Shown here piece after piece: positions 1-10,458 of a DNA stretch of 64,000 nt. The stretch lies in contig OZ242214.1 of NCBI GenBank assembly GCA_965206595.1, positions 6,688,001-6,752,000 on the forward strand, read 5' to 3'. This stretch comes from Candidatus Latescibacterota bacterium. Lineage in GTDB: Bacteria; Latescibacterota; UBA2968; UBA8231. How positions within the stretch are numbered: the first letter of the stretch is position 1; the number at the start of each line of letters is the position of its first letter. The position numbers were made by a program, and so were the translations under genes. A model generated the notes under the pieces. That model saw nothing but the letters and a program-made list of their open reading frames with translations, made no database searches and had not been told where the DNA came from.

Positions 1-1028
1 CGACCCATCCATACCCCGGAAAGCACCAGGACGGCCATGGCCCCCATGGCCTGGTGCGCCAGGAACGGCCCGCTGTGGTTGGCAAACCGACTCAACGTCT
101 CTGTGCTGGCGACGCCAAATACGTTGAAGGCTCCTCGCTGGACCACTGCCAGCAGGCAGAACATCCATAAGCCCAGGGCAATGTCGCGGCTCAGCAGGTA
201 GGCGAAACCGATAAGCCCGAAATTCAGCATTACGACCAGGGTGGTGGTCCCGCGGAACACCGGGAAGGAAGTGATCAACGGGCCCTGCCCGTCCGACGTG
301 GTCATCGGCGGAAGTGCCGGAAAATACTCGTGCAGGGAGTGGTAGGAACCGAGCAGGAAGGGGACCGCAAAACCTATCCACATCACCGGGTTCCGGAAGA
401 AGGGTTTGAGAACCGAGTCGCCTTCGTCGCGGATCATTTCGAAAGGCACCTGAACCAGGGGATAGAGCAGCTTCTCGCGGTCCATCCACTGCCGGCGCAC
501 GATGACCATGGCGCATGCGGAGGTCCGGTATACTGCGAGGATCAAGACCACCCACCAGAAAACCGGCTCCACCCAGACCTCCCAGGGAATCGGCATGCCG
601 GAAGGCAGACCTTCGTAGAATTGGCGGACCGCCTCCTCCCCTTGGGGCACAGCCCAGCCTGGTAGGAAGGAATGGAAAGTGTCGTACCAGGCGTTTTCGG
701 TAGTCGCGTAATAGGAGTACTCCGCGATGATTGGCAGCAGGTACTCGGAAAACCCGATCGTGGGAATCACGGCGGCGATCATCGCCATGATATAGATCGT
801 CGCCAGTTCGCCGCGGGTAAAACCCAAACTGCACCTGATCGCTCTGGTCAGGGTATGGACGAATCCGACGAACAGGAAGAAAACGAACAGCGCTGCCGGC
901 GCATTGTGGTTGTGTGCCAGCAGGCCCCCCTTGATGATCATGTTGGTGTACGGAAGCGACACACCGATGAACAATGCCAGTCCCCCACCGACGAGTAGCG
1001 CTCGCAGACTTACACCGCGCCTGTCCAT
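1..1028 (-). CDS. Multi-pass membrane protein, DUF6785-like putative transporter (runs off window start)
   Basis: Manual translation MDRRGVSLRALLVGGGLALFIG...RGELATIYIMAM...RRQWMDREKLLYPLVQVP; many hydrophobic helices; absent from the ORF track because the stop is outside the window. Confidence 0.7.
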   Translation of the reverse strand, partial: MDRRGVSLRALLVGGGLALFIGVSLPYTNMIIKGGLLAHNHNAPAALFVFFLFVGFVHTLTRAIRCSLGFTRGELATIYIMAMIAAVIPTIGFSEYLLPIIAEYSYYATTENAWYDTFHSFLPGWAVPQGEEAVRQFYEGLPSGMPIPWEVWVEPVFWWVVLILAVYRTSACAMVIVRRQWMDREKLLYPLVQVPFEMIRDEGDSVLKPFFRNPVMWIGFAVPFLLGSYHSLHEYFPALPPMTTSDGQGPLITSFPVFRGTTTLVVMLNFGLIGFAYLLSRDIALGLWMFCLLAVVQRGAFNVFGVASTETLSRFANHSGPFLAHQAMGAMAVLVLSGVWMG

Positions 1029-1368
1029 TTCACCCCGATCCGCGGCTTCTGCGACTGGCATGGTGGCAAGGATTCCTTTTTTTGCGGACGCAAACCCCTT
1101 CGCGCTTGCCCACCCGAATTAAGTTCTCGGCACAACGGCAACGGGTACGGAGGCCGGGGCCATCAGACACCTGCTGCGGGAAACCAGCACCGACGATGTC
1201 CTCGGTCGCATGATCCTGGTCCCGGTACTCAACACACGTATCCGACAGATTGGACTTCGGCGCCGAAGCTGCCCTGGGTGATGTGAGGTTTTCCGCTCTC
1301 CAGGAACGGGCGCCCAAGTCGTCATACGGGCCCGGAACAGTTCCGGCGCAAGCCGTCCTTTGTTGAGG

Positions 1369-1500
1369 CCCCGTCACTACCTGCAGTTCAAGGTGGATTT
1401 CATCCCCAAGGAGGAGTCAGGAGGAGAGCTCCGGTATTTTGAAGTGCGCGCCTCGATGCCGCCGGTGGCTTCGAGAGCAGTAGGCGAATCCATCCGCGCC
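1369..1500 (+). pseudogene. Internal fragment of a secreted-protein gene
   Basis: PRHYLQFKVDF...GGELRYFEVRASMPPVASRAVGE resembles, from memory, a segment of Latescibacterota FlgD-domain proteins; no credible start or continuation. Confidence 0.35.
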
Positions 1501-1625
1501 AAGCCGATGTCGGAGAGACCACCCGCTTCACCGCTCCCTGAAACCGACCTTGGAGGCGGCCAGATTCGGCCGGATGAGGACCTTGCCCCTTCCCCCGGAT
1601 CTGCAGAATCCCCTCCGTGTGGCCT

Positions 1626-3218
1626 TCAGGAGACCTTGCGCTCCCAGGGGCCCAGATCGGCGTCGACGAAGTCCCGGTGGAAACTCTTCCCCTTCAAGTA
1701 CTTGATCTCGATCTCGACGTCGCGGACGCTCGCTTCCGGTATCACCTCCGGATCCCTGCGCACCAGGGTCACTTCCAGGACGTTCCTGCCCCGGACCGGC
1801 CAATGCTCCCGGTCGAGCCGGAAAATGAACCAGTACCCGGTCGCCCGGTACCGCGGCGCCGACATGACGTACATCTGGTTCAGCCGGCGCAGCCGCCGCT
1901 CCGGCAGGACCCTGCCGTTGAGGGCGAACTCGATGCGGTCCAGCTCCGTGGCCTGCGCCACCCGCACCCGCAGAAGCACCTCGTGCACCCTGCCGGCACC
2001 GTCCCAGCGCGGCAGGTCGTCGCTCGCGGCGAACTCCAGCCGCACGAGCGCCCCTTCCCGTAGCGCCGCGGGCAACGGGTCGGGAGTCTGCGGCGGCACC
2101 ACCGGCTTGGGCGGCGCTTCGGTCGCCGTCGGTATGCGGTAGAACTTGTCCTTGGGCGCCATCACCTCCGGGTCGGCGATCTCGCGCAGCTTCTCGTAGA
2201 ACTCTGCCTCGTACGGCCAGCTCCCGAACCAGTGCGCCAGGTAGAGTCCGTCGATCCCCTGGGCCCAGAAGTTGCATGCCCCCGCCCTCATCATCTCGAT
2301 GGTGCCCTCCCCTATGCGGTCGGAATTGACCCGGTTCTGAATGGCGGCGATCACCCGGCAGGAGGTGCCGCGCGCCGCCTCGACGAAGGGAGTTAGATCG
2401 GCTGACGGGTCCGCCATGCCCGAGGCTTCGGGGATCACTGCGTCGACGGTACCCCGGCGCATCCACTCCAGCGGCTCGAGGCCGACGGCGAGCCCCCCTT
2501 CGATGTCCGCAGGCACGTGCACCACCAGCTCCCGTTCGCGACCGCCGGCCCTGACCGCCTCGTGCACCTGTCCAATCCACTCCCCCATGATCCGCCTCCC
2601 CTCTTCTGTCTCGTCAGGGTGGAAGTACCAGGGGGTGTAGTTCAGCTGCAGCTCCAGACCGTCCACCGGGTAGCTCGCCAGGACCTCTTCGACAACGGCC
2701 AGGGTGCGGGCGCGCACCTCCGGGTGCGCGAAGTCCGGACATCGATACCCCGGCCAATCGCTCTTTACCCCGCCCTTGGAGCCTACGTCGAGTGGATGCA
2801 GCCTGAACTGCCAGTCGTCCGCTGAAAAATCTTCCTCCTCCCAGCTTTTCAGCATGCGTTCCCTCGGCCCCTGCTGGGCAAGCAGGGTGGCGTAGAGCTG
2901 CATCCCCTTGGCGTGCGCGCGTTCGCACAGCACCCGCAGAGGGTCGTTCCCCTCGACAATCAGGGATGCGAAGTTCTGGTTGGCCCTCCGCCAGATCAGG
3001 TGCGGCCATTTCTCGACGTCCCTGCCCCAGAGCTCTCCCGCTTCCGAATCGTAGAGGAGGCTGCGGATGTCCCCCAGGGTCAGCATCAGCGCCTCTACGG
3101 GAGTGCCGACCAGCTCGTCCACCGCGGCCTCCAGCTCCTCTCTTCGTATCGGAGGCTCGTACATGTAGATGAGGGGATGCCGCCCGTCGTGGTCGAACAT
3201 GATGCGCGGTTTCGCCAT
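1626..3218 (-). CDS. Glycoside hydrolase-like TIM-barrel protein (GHL10-like)
   Basis: 530 aa; DPLRVLCERAHAKGM, DFAHPEVR, YPVDGLEL, GIDGLYL motifs. Confidence 0.6.
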   Translation of the reverse strand: MAKPRIMFDHDGRHPLIYMYEPPIRREELEAAVDELVGTPVEALMLTLGDIRSLLYDSEAGELWGRDVEKWPHLIWRRANQNFASLIVEGNDPLRVLCERAHAKGMQLYATLLAQQGPRERMLKSWEEEDFSADDWQFRLHPLDVGSKGGVKSDWPGYRCPDFAHPEVRARTLAVVEEVLASYPVDGLELQLNYTPWYFHPDETEEGRRIMGEWIGQVHEAVRAGGRERELVVHVPADIEGGLAVGLEPLEWMRRGTVDAVIPEASGMADPSADLTPFVEAARGTSCRVIAAIQNRVNSDRIGEGTIEMMRAGACNFWAQGIDGLYLAHWFGSWPYEAEFYEKLREIADPEVMAPKDKFYRIPTATEAPPKPVVPPQTPDPLPAALREGALVRLEFAASDDLPRWDGAGRVHEVLLRVRVAQATELDRIEFALNGRVLPERRLRRLNQMYVMSAPRYRATGYWFIFRLDREHWPVRGRNVLEVTLVRRDPEVIPEASVRDVEIEIKYLKGKSFHRDFVDADLGPWERKVS

Positions 3219-3378
3219 GGTTCCCGTGTCCTTTATCGGTTGGCGACGAAGTTTCCGACCGTTGCCCGGTGGTGGGACGGCAAGCCATCTTGTCTCTTCC
3301 CTCCTGCGCGGAGGTCGGCAAACGAGCTCGATCTACCGCGGCCTGCCCGCTCCAGCCCTTTCCGACGGCGACCAAACT

Positions 3379-4620
3379 ATGCAGAAAATCACCGTCTCCC
3401 GAAACGACGATATCTACGAGGCCTTCGCCGACGTCGCCCGGGCGGCCGACGGCACCCTGGTCTGCACCTATCGCGAAAGCATGTGCCACAGCCAGCGCCC
3501 CTTCTCGCGCGTCGTCGTCAGGCGCAGTGGCGACCGGGGTCTGACCTGGGGGCCGCGCCAGGTGATCTGCGAGTGCACGCGCGAAGAGACCGCCGCCGGC
3601 AAGGGCCGCTACAACTGCTCCCGCATCGCTGCCTGCGCCGACGGCACCCTGTTGCTGGTCGTCGACGAGCTTCACGTGCAGGCCTGGGAGGAGTATCTCG
3701 AGCCGGCTCCCTGCAGGAACCTCCTGTTCCGCAGCCGCGACGCCGGGCTCACCTGGGAAGGGCCGGAGGATACCGGCATCACCGCGGGGATCGTGCCCTC
3801 GATCAAGGAGCTGGCCAACGGCGACCTCCTGATCGGAGTCACCGAGCAGTTCGAAGGGGACGACCCCGGCCGGGGGTTTTCGGAAGCCCAGACGGTCTAC
3901 CGTTCCGGCGACGGCGGCGCCACCTGGGAAGGACCGGCGAGGGTGCCCAACCCCCCGGGGCTCACCGTCAGCGGCGAGAAGTGGCGCCTCAACGAGGGGG
4001 ACTTCGCCGAGATGGACGACGGCCGCGTCGTCCTCTACATGCGCGAGGACGGGGAGCGTCTCAGCGCCTGGAAGAGCCTGTCGGAAGACGGCGGCCGCAC
4101 CTGGTCGGAGCCGCTGCGCTCGCAGATCCCGTACTGCCACGGCCGCCCCTCGGTCGGGCGCCTGCGTTCCGGCGAGGTGGCCGTCACCTACCGCATGTCC
4201 ATCGGCCGCTCGACCTCCCTCGCCCTGTACGTCGAGTCCGCGGCGGAGGCGGTGCGCGGACTCCCCGGGGCCGGGGCCCGCGACATGGAGGATTACACGA
4301 GCACCGCGGAGGCGCGCTTCGCCGTGCTCGACAACGACCGCTCCGCGTGGGCGGACAGCGGCTACTCCGGCTGGGTGCAGCTCGACAGCGGCGACCTCTA
4401 CGTCGTCAACTACGTCAACGACGACGCCCCCCGCGCCTTCGTCCGCGGCTACCTGGTCGGCAGGGAGGACTGGTACCTGTTTCCCGAGGGCCGCATACTG
4501 GCCGAGTTGCCCTACGACTGGGAGGGGGAGTACGTCGCCGGGATGCAGGACCTGGCCCGGGAACAGCAGGCATGGGCCGATGCCCGGGACTGGTCGAGCA
4601 GGGTGCCGACGCAGAAGTAG
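3379..4620 (+). CDS. Sialidase-like BNR/Asp-box beta-propeller protein
   Basis: Asp-boxes SGDRGLTW, SRDAGLTW, SGDGGATW, SEDGGRTW; DSGYS near C-terminus; start MQKITVS. Confidence 0.8.
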   Translation: MQKITVSRNDDIYEAFADVARAADGTLVCTYRESMCHSQRPFSRVVVRRSGDRGLTWGPRQVICECTREETAAGKGRYNCSRIAACADGTLLLVVDELHVQAWEEYLEPAPCRNLLFRSRDAGLTWEGPEDTGITAGIVPSIKELANGDLLIGVTEQFEGDDPGRGFSEAQTVYRSGDGGATWEGPARVPNPPGLTVSGEKWRLNEGDFAEMDDGRVVLYMREDGERLSAWKSLSEDGGRTWSEPLRSQIPYCHGRPSVGRLRSGEVAVTYRMSIGRSTSLALYVESAAEAVRGLPGAGARDMEDYTSTAEARFAVLDNDRSAWADSGYSGWVQLDSGDLYVVNYVNDDAPRAFVRGYLVGREDWYLFPEGRILAELPYDWEGEYVAGMQDLAREQQAWADARDWSSRVPTQK

Positions 4621-4780
4621 GGCGTGGGGCAAACCTGGCGGCGGGCCAGCTGCGGGGGATCAGGCGAGGGCGTCGTCGACCAGGGCGCTCCCGGCCCTCG
4701 TCCTGCCATTGCCGGTGCGAACGGTATTGTCGTGCCGGCCTGCTATACTCTTTCCCTGATTCTCACGGTGGAGGATTGAC

Positions 4781-5769
4781 ATGAAATTCATTCTGGCAGC
4801 TGTTCTCGGCGTCGCTCTGGCGGCGACCGCTTCTGCCCATGAACCCCCAGGGATTTTCAGCCTTGCCTGGCCGTGGCCGACCGGCTATGAGCCGACCCTG
4901 GACGGAGACCTTTCGGAATGGGACATCGTCCGGACGAATTCCGCATTCCCTTCTCCTCAGAGGACTCCCACTACAGCGATCCTGAAGGCAACCGGCCGAC
5001 CGACTTCAACGATCTCAACTCCGAAATCATCGTCAGCTGGAGCGAATGCGAGAACAAGCTCTACGTGATGGAGAAGCGCTACGACGATTTCTACGACCGC
5101 AACGGTATCGGCACGGCCTATGGCGGAGACGACTTCCTCGAGATGCATCTCGACGGCGATCACGGCGGCGAACCGTTCTGGTTCAGCGACGAGGACTACC
5201 CGGATCCGGACGAACGCGCCCTCAACATGGGCCGCCGGGCCCAGACCTTCCACACCCGTTTCCCCGACCTGCCCGGCAGCACCGGTATGGGTCTTGAGAG
5301 CTGGGCCTGGTTCTGGGTCAGCCAGTCGACCTGGCATGACCAGCCGCAGTACATGGACCGTCGCTTCAAGATCGACGGCCAGCCGAATCAGGGTGAGGCC
5401 ACCCTCTACATCGAGTTCAGCACTGTGATGTGGGACGAGTTCATCTGGAACGATCCGGATGCCTCGGTTCAGACCGACCTCGAAGAGAACAACATCATCG
5501 GCCTGGGCTGGATTTACGGCGACCATGACCGCTCGGATTGGGACGCGGAGCTCCCTGGAGAGTGGTGGATCCTGTCCGGGGCCAGCGATGCCTGGAAGAC
5601 CTCGGCTGCGGCTTCGGACTTCCTTCTAGATCCGGTCCGCTCTGGTTGTTCCGAGGGGATCTGGTGCGGGCCGAAAAACCTTGGGAAGTGGCCCGATTGC
5701 GCCGAAGATTTCGAAACGGCTGTCGAAAAGCGGTCCTGGGGGCGCATCAAGGAAGCGTTCATACGGTAG
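4781..5769 (+). pseudogene. Secreted CBM9/DOMON-like protein with C-terminal SWGRIK motif; 1-nt frameshift at ~4930
   Basis: Signal peptide and PTLDGDLSEW in ORF 4781, continuing (P)DEFRIP...LDGDHGG...TAVEKRSWGRIKEAFIR in ORF 4918; one added C at 4930-4931 joins them (could be a sequence error). Confidence 0.75.
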
Positions 5770-6012
5770 CATCCGCCGTCCCGGAGCCCGACCCCCTCGA
5801 CCCGGGATTCTGGTTGGGCCGAAAGGGATGGACTATTCTACAACCTCGCTCCCCAGTCCCCAGTCCTTGCCGCAGGTGATCGGACGGGCACAGGCCGTGC
5901 CAATTCAAAACCCCGAACACTTCCTGATTTCCTGCTACTTACCAACCACCTCCCACAACCATTTTTTCCGCGAGTCCCGCCTCCGGGACAGCAGTTCGAG
6001 AGGAAACCACCA

Positions 6013-6790
6013 ATGCGAGAGAAGCGCATCCTGATCGGAGATTTCACCCGCAAAGAGTTCAGGGAAATGCTGGCGGCCGGCACCATCGAGGCCGCGGTGG
6101 TTCCGACCGGCACCATCGAGCGGCACCATCGAGCAGCACCTCGAGCATCTCGAAATGTGCCACGACAGCGCCGCAGTCACCCACGTGGCGCATCAGGCCG
6201 CCCTCGCCCTGCACCCGAAGGTGGTGGTGGCGCCGACGGTGCAGGTCGGGGTGTCCGAGCATCACATGCCCCACCCGGGAACCCTGACGACCCGCGTCGG
6301 CACCTTTCTCGACTACGTTTTCGACATCTGCGAAAGCATAACCCGCGCCGGCATCGGCAACGTTCTCGTCCTCAACGGCCACGGCGGCCACATGCACGCC
6401 CTTGGCAAGGAGATGATCCGCTACCGCCAACTCCTGAGGGCGAACGTGGTCTGCATCTCCTACTGGGACCTGTACACGGAAGAGGAGGCGCATGCGCTCA
6501 TGGACAGCAAGCGCCTCCCCGGGCATGCCAACGAGTTCGAAACCTCCTTTGCCCTCGCCGCCTTCCCGGAACGCGTCCACGTCGAGGACATCGACGACGC
6601 CGACACCAAGCTCGCCACCGCGGAGAAGGGGCGGCGCGCCATCGATATCGTGGTGCCGCGCGTTACCGAGGTACTCGAGCGCATCTCGCAAGGGGAGACT
6701 CCCGCGATCGAGGCGCGCACCTTCACCCCCGACGGCGTTGTCACCGGGGCGGAGAAGTATTCCTACCAGGCGGGAAGGACGGAGGCGTAG
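6013..6790 (+). pseudogene. Creatininase/mycofactocin peptidase family protein, frameshifted by a 13-bp tandem duplication
   Basis: Removing the extra cggcaccatcgag (6121-6133) gives PTGTIEQHLEHL...D; SEHHMPHPGT, NGHGG, GHANEFETS motifs. Confidence 0.8.
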
Positions 6791-6913
6791 CCGTTTCCAC
6801 CGTCCTTCACCTTGAATCCCCGCGGGCGGCGTATTCGCAACCCCACGGCCGTCCTAGTGGGAGCCCCGGGGAACTGCTCCCCTGCCGGGCGCCGCGCCCC
6901 TCGTCTGCCGGAC

Positions 6914-7795
6914 TCAGCGCGAAGGCTGCTCCCCCCTCCACGCAAGATCGATGCTGGTGTACCCGTCCACGTATCGGTGCAGGTGCGGCGGAAGGTCGGC
7001 GAGGAACCGCTGCCCGCTCTCCGGTATTTCCCAGGGGACGTCGATGCGGTGATTGCGGTCGCGGAAACCGATGGCACAGGACAGCCGGACTTCATCGAGG
7101 TTGTTGGCGAAGGCCCCGTGATAGGTGCGGTGGGCGAAGACGATCATGTCCCCCGGATCCGTGAACAAGGGGACGAGCCCCGGGATCTCGAAGCCGTCGT
7201 AGTTCGCTTCCTCTTCTCCTTGCGGGTAGAACGAGCGGCGGTCGCGAGTCAGGGCGAACCCTTCCGGGCCCTCCCAGCCTTCGAGATGCGAATCTGCGAT
7301 GACGCAGAGACCTCCGTGCACCGGCCGCGACCCGGTGATGTAGAACCACTTCCCCGAAGGCCACGGCCCGCGGTTGAGGACCTCGCCGGAGTTCTTCGGC
7401 GGCCCCTCCGCGAACCCGCACCAGTCGCTGTGCCAGCGTACCGGAGCCGACCCCGGCATGCGGATAATGGCAGCGGAGCGGTGAACGGTCAGCTCGTCCG
7501 TCCCGATCAGGTGGCGGTGGATCTCCATGAACGGCTCGGACTCCAGCAGCGACCACGCCCTCGGTCCCGACTCGATCCAGGCGTGGCGCGTCCGCGACTC
7601 CCCGGGCCCCAGGGTGCGGTCCGGGTCCGTGCCGTCCCATACGGCCTTCCTGAGTCCGGCGACGATGTCGTCGGGAAGCACATCCTTGATGATCGCGAAG
7701 CCGTGTGCTTCCAGGCAGGCCGACACCAGGTCGAGCTCCCCGGTGGAGAACTCGTACCGGCACCCGGGATCCGGTTTCTCGATCGCCTCGGTCAT
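6914..7795 (-). CDS. Phytanoyl-CoA dioxygenase (PhyH) family 2OG-Fe(II) oxygenase
   Basis: HGFAIIKDVL, WHSD, GGLCVIADSH, PGDMIVF...YHG. Confidence 0.8.
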   Translation of the reverse strand: MTEAIEKPDPGCRYEFSTGELDLVSACLEAHGFAIIKDVLPDDIVAGLRKAVWDGTDPDRTLGPGESRTRHAWIESGPRAWSLLESEPFMEIHRHLIGTDELTVHRSAAIIRMPGSAPVRWHSDWCGFAEGPPKNSGEVLNRGPWPSGKWFYITGSRPVHGGLCVIADSHLEGWEGPEGFALTRDRRSFYPQGEEEANYDGFEIPGLVPLFTDPGDMIVFAHRTYHGAFANNLDEVRLSCAIGFRDRNHRIDVPWEIPESGQRFLADLPPHLHRYVDGYTSIDLAWRGEQPSR

Positions 7796-7991
7796 CCTTG
7801 CAACCCTCCTGTCATTTCATCGCGCCCATGGCTCGCGCCGGTTTCTCTGCTGCTCGGGATGGCAGATGCTCGGGAATGGCTGCCGGGCACGTGGATACGG
7901 AACGGGACCGGCATGCCGTACCCCGGCCGCGCCCGCAGCCATGCAGGTGCTGCCCAGACCGAAACGCATCCTCCCTCCAGGCCCGAAAAAG

Positions 7992-9083
7992 TCAGGTGCT
8001 CACCCTGAATTCGGTCAGGTAGATGTCGCACTCCGAGCGCTTGCGCAGGTAGGCGTCGAAGTGCCTCGGAGCGACCATCCCCGACCAGTAGGCGACGTCT
8101 GAGTAGTAGGACATGGCGAGGCGATCCGGGGCGAGGGATATCAGCCCTGGATAGGAGCTGTCCCCGCCGGCAGGCATCGAGAGTACCCGTTGCGCCCGGC
8201 CGCGCTCCAGCCGGTACACTCCGGTGGTGCCGTGGGGATTCCCCTCCGCCGCGACGCGGCCCGCCAGGTAGACCTGGTCCCCCGAGGCGCAGATCGCCGG
8301 GGCGTCGCAGCGCACCCCGAGATCGACGTTTCCCTCCCAGCTCTCGTACGGAGGGTGCGACCAGTACATCAGGGCCGGTCCGTGGGAGCGCACGATGCAC
8401 CAACACTCGCCGCCGGGAGACCAGTACAGGTCGGACTCCTCGGTGAAGCGGCGCGGATGGCCGGCAGCTATGCGCGCATGGCGGTGCCAGTCCACCCCGT
8501 CGTCGCTGGCGATCAGGTCGAAGGGCCCTTCTTCCTGCTCGAGGTAGCAGATCGCCGAGTAGAACCGGCCCTCGTGCAGGCGCACGCGCCACGTGTACGG
8601 GTAGTAGTCCCCGAGCCGCAGCACTTCGGGGGGCGACCAGCTCTGCCCGTCCTCGGTGTGGGACATGTAGATGCGCGACGGCTTGCCGCTGTCGCCGGGG
8701 AACTGCACCGGGAAGAACAGGAACAGCCGGTCCTCGTCCTGGGTGAAGTGCCCGGCGGCGATGCCGCGGCCGTCGACGATGCCGCCCGGGGGCTCGAAGC
8801 GCTGCACCCGTTGCCAGCGGCGCAGGTCGTTCGAGCGCAGCAGGATGACCGAGCTGTTGCCGCGGACGCAGCTGTGCCCGGTGCCGCGCCGGTACGAGAG
8901 CCAGTAGTAGCCGCGCCACCGGGTCAGGTCGGTGGGCATGTTGTACCAGCCGTCCCGGACCACCGTGCGCACCGCGGCGACGTCCGCGGGCGCCGGTCGG
9001 GCGCAGGCGAGAAACATCGTGTCGTCCCCTTCCCGGTGCGGGACTCCCCCGGGAACCGCATTCTCTGAACCGCTTGCCGTCAT
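7992..9083 (-). CDS. BNR-repeat/sialidase-like beta-propeller protein (start may be downstream)
   Basis: SNDLRRW, TEDGQSW, SDDGVDW, GGDSSYPG...MSYYS. Confidence 0.65.
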   Translation of the reverse strand: MTASGSENAVPGGVPHREGDDTMFLACARPAPADVAAVRTVVRDGWYNMPTDLTRWRGYYWLSYRRGTGHSCVRGNSSVILLRSNDLRRWQRVQRFEPPGGIVDGRGIAAGHFTQDEDRLFLFFPVQFPGDSGKPSRIYMSHTEDGQSWSPPEVLRLGDYYPYTWRVRLHEGRFYSAICYLEQEEGPFDLIASDDGVDWHRHARIAAGHPRRFTEESDLYWSPGGECWCIVRSHGPALMYWSHPPYESWEGNVDLGVRCDAPAICASGDQVYLAGRVAAEGNPHGTTGVYRLERGRAQRVLSMPAGGDSSYPGLISLAPDRLAMSYYSDVAYWSGMVAPRHFDAYLRKRSECDIYLTEFRVST

Positions 9084-9183
9084 TGTTGTTTATCCAGGCC
9101 TGGTGTGGCGGCGGCAATAATCCATTACAGTAGAGCGAACAGGGCTTCGGGCGTTCGAGCTGCCGTCCGTTTCCGCTTCGTCC

Positions 9184-10032
9184 TCACCTCGCAGCTGCAG
9201 CGCGCTTGAACACCGGGGCGGCTGGGGTCGACTCCGGCTCGCTGAACTCGTACCCGCCGGCGTCGAAGCCGCGCAGGTCTTCCGCTTCCCTCACGTCGTT
9301 GTCGACGAGCCAGCGCGCCATCAGTCCGCGCGCGTACTTGGCGAACATTCCCAGGACCTTGAACTCCCCCTTCGATTCGTCCTTGAAGACCGGGTGCACC
9401 ACCGGACAGGGCAGCTCCTTTTCGCGCACCGACCGGTAGTACTCCTGGCTGGCCAGGTTGCAGACCCAGGCGGGATCCTCCTCGGCGAGCCCCTCGGTGA
9501 TGGCGCCGCCCCAGAACTGGTACAGGTCCCTGCCCTTCGGGGTCTCGAGCTTCGTTCCCATCTCGAGCCGGTAGGGCAGCATCAGGTCGAGGGGCCTGAG
9601 AAACCCGTACAGTCCGGACAGGATGCGGATCCGTTCCTGGGCGCGGCCGATCCCCCTGGACTTCAGGGACCCGGCGTCGAACCCCTGGTACACGTCCCCG
9701 GTGAAGGCCCACAGCGCCTGCTTGGCCGGCAGCGGGGAGGCTTCCTTGCCGGCTTTCTGGCTTGCCTGCTTCTCGATAACGGCCGGATCGAAGCTCTGGT
9801 AGCGCTGGAAGTTCAGCTCCGACAACCTCCCGCTCAGGCTCATCAGGTCCGCGAGCTCGACCGCGGATTTCTCCTTCAGCAGGCCTGCCAGCTCCGCGGT
9901 CTGCTGCGTCAGGAAGTGCGGGACCCCGGCCTTTCCGGTAGGGGCAGGAGTCTCGAAGTCGAGCGATTTGGCCGGGGACAACAGGATCAGCTGCGGTTTC
10001 CTTCCCTTGCTGCGGGATTTCGAAGTGGCCAT
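9184..10032 (-). CDS. yaaA: Peroxide stress protein YaaA (DUF328)
   Basis: LSPAKSLD, ILSGLYGFLRPLDLMLPYRLEMGTKL, NLASQEY, AKYARGLMA. Confidence 0.93.
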   Translation of the reverse strand: MATSKSRSKGRKPQLILLSPAKSLDFETPAPTGKAGVPHFLTQQTAELAGLLKEKSAVELADLMSLSGRLSELNFQRYQSFDPAVIEKQASQKAGKEASPLPAKQALWAFTGDVYQGFDAGSLKSRGIGRAQERIRILSGLYGFLRPLDLMLPYRLEMGTKLETPKGRDLYQFWGGAITEGLAEEDPAWVCNLASQEYYRSVREKELPCPVVHPVFKDESKGEFKVLGMFAKYARGLMARWLVDNDVREAEDLRGFDAGGYEFSEPESTPAAPVFKRAAAAR

Positions 10033-10458
10033 TTCTCTCTCCAGGGTATGGTCTTTGGGTTGCCGGCCTGCGTACCGAGCAGCTCAGCCATGGGCTTTTT
10101 CCGGGCGTACCGAGACTGGCCGGACGCACGGGATCTGCAGGTCGAGCATCGACTTGATGTCTGCATGTGGGCGTCTGCTTCCGGCGAATTTCAGCCGATC
10201 CTTTCAGCATCGCAAACGCGGATTGCGTTGGGGGGAATGTATCCCGCGCCCGGTCCGGTGGGCACGAATCCAATGCCGTGCCAAGGGGCGGGATCCCGCG
10301 CCGAGACAAAGTGCCCGCGGCAGTGGCTTCTGCTCGCTGCAGACCCGCGAACCTCGACTTGCCGATCTCCTGACACGGGTTGGACCCCGCTGAAAAGCGG
10401 CTGTAAAGTAGAAACGTGCGATAAATCCAATCCACGAAATCCGGGAGCAACCCCCCTC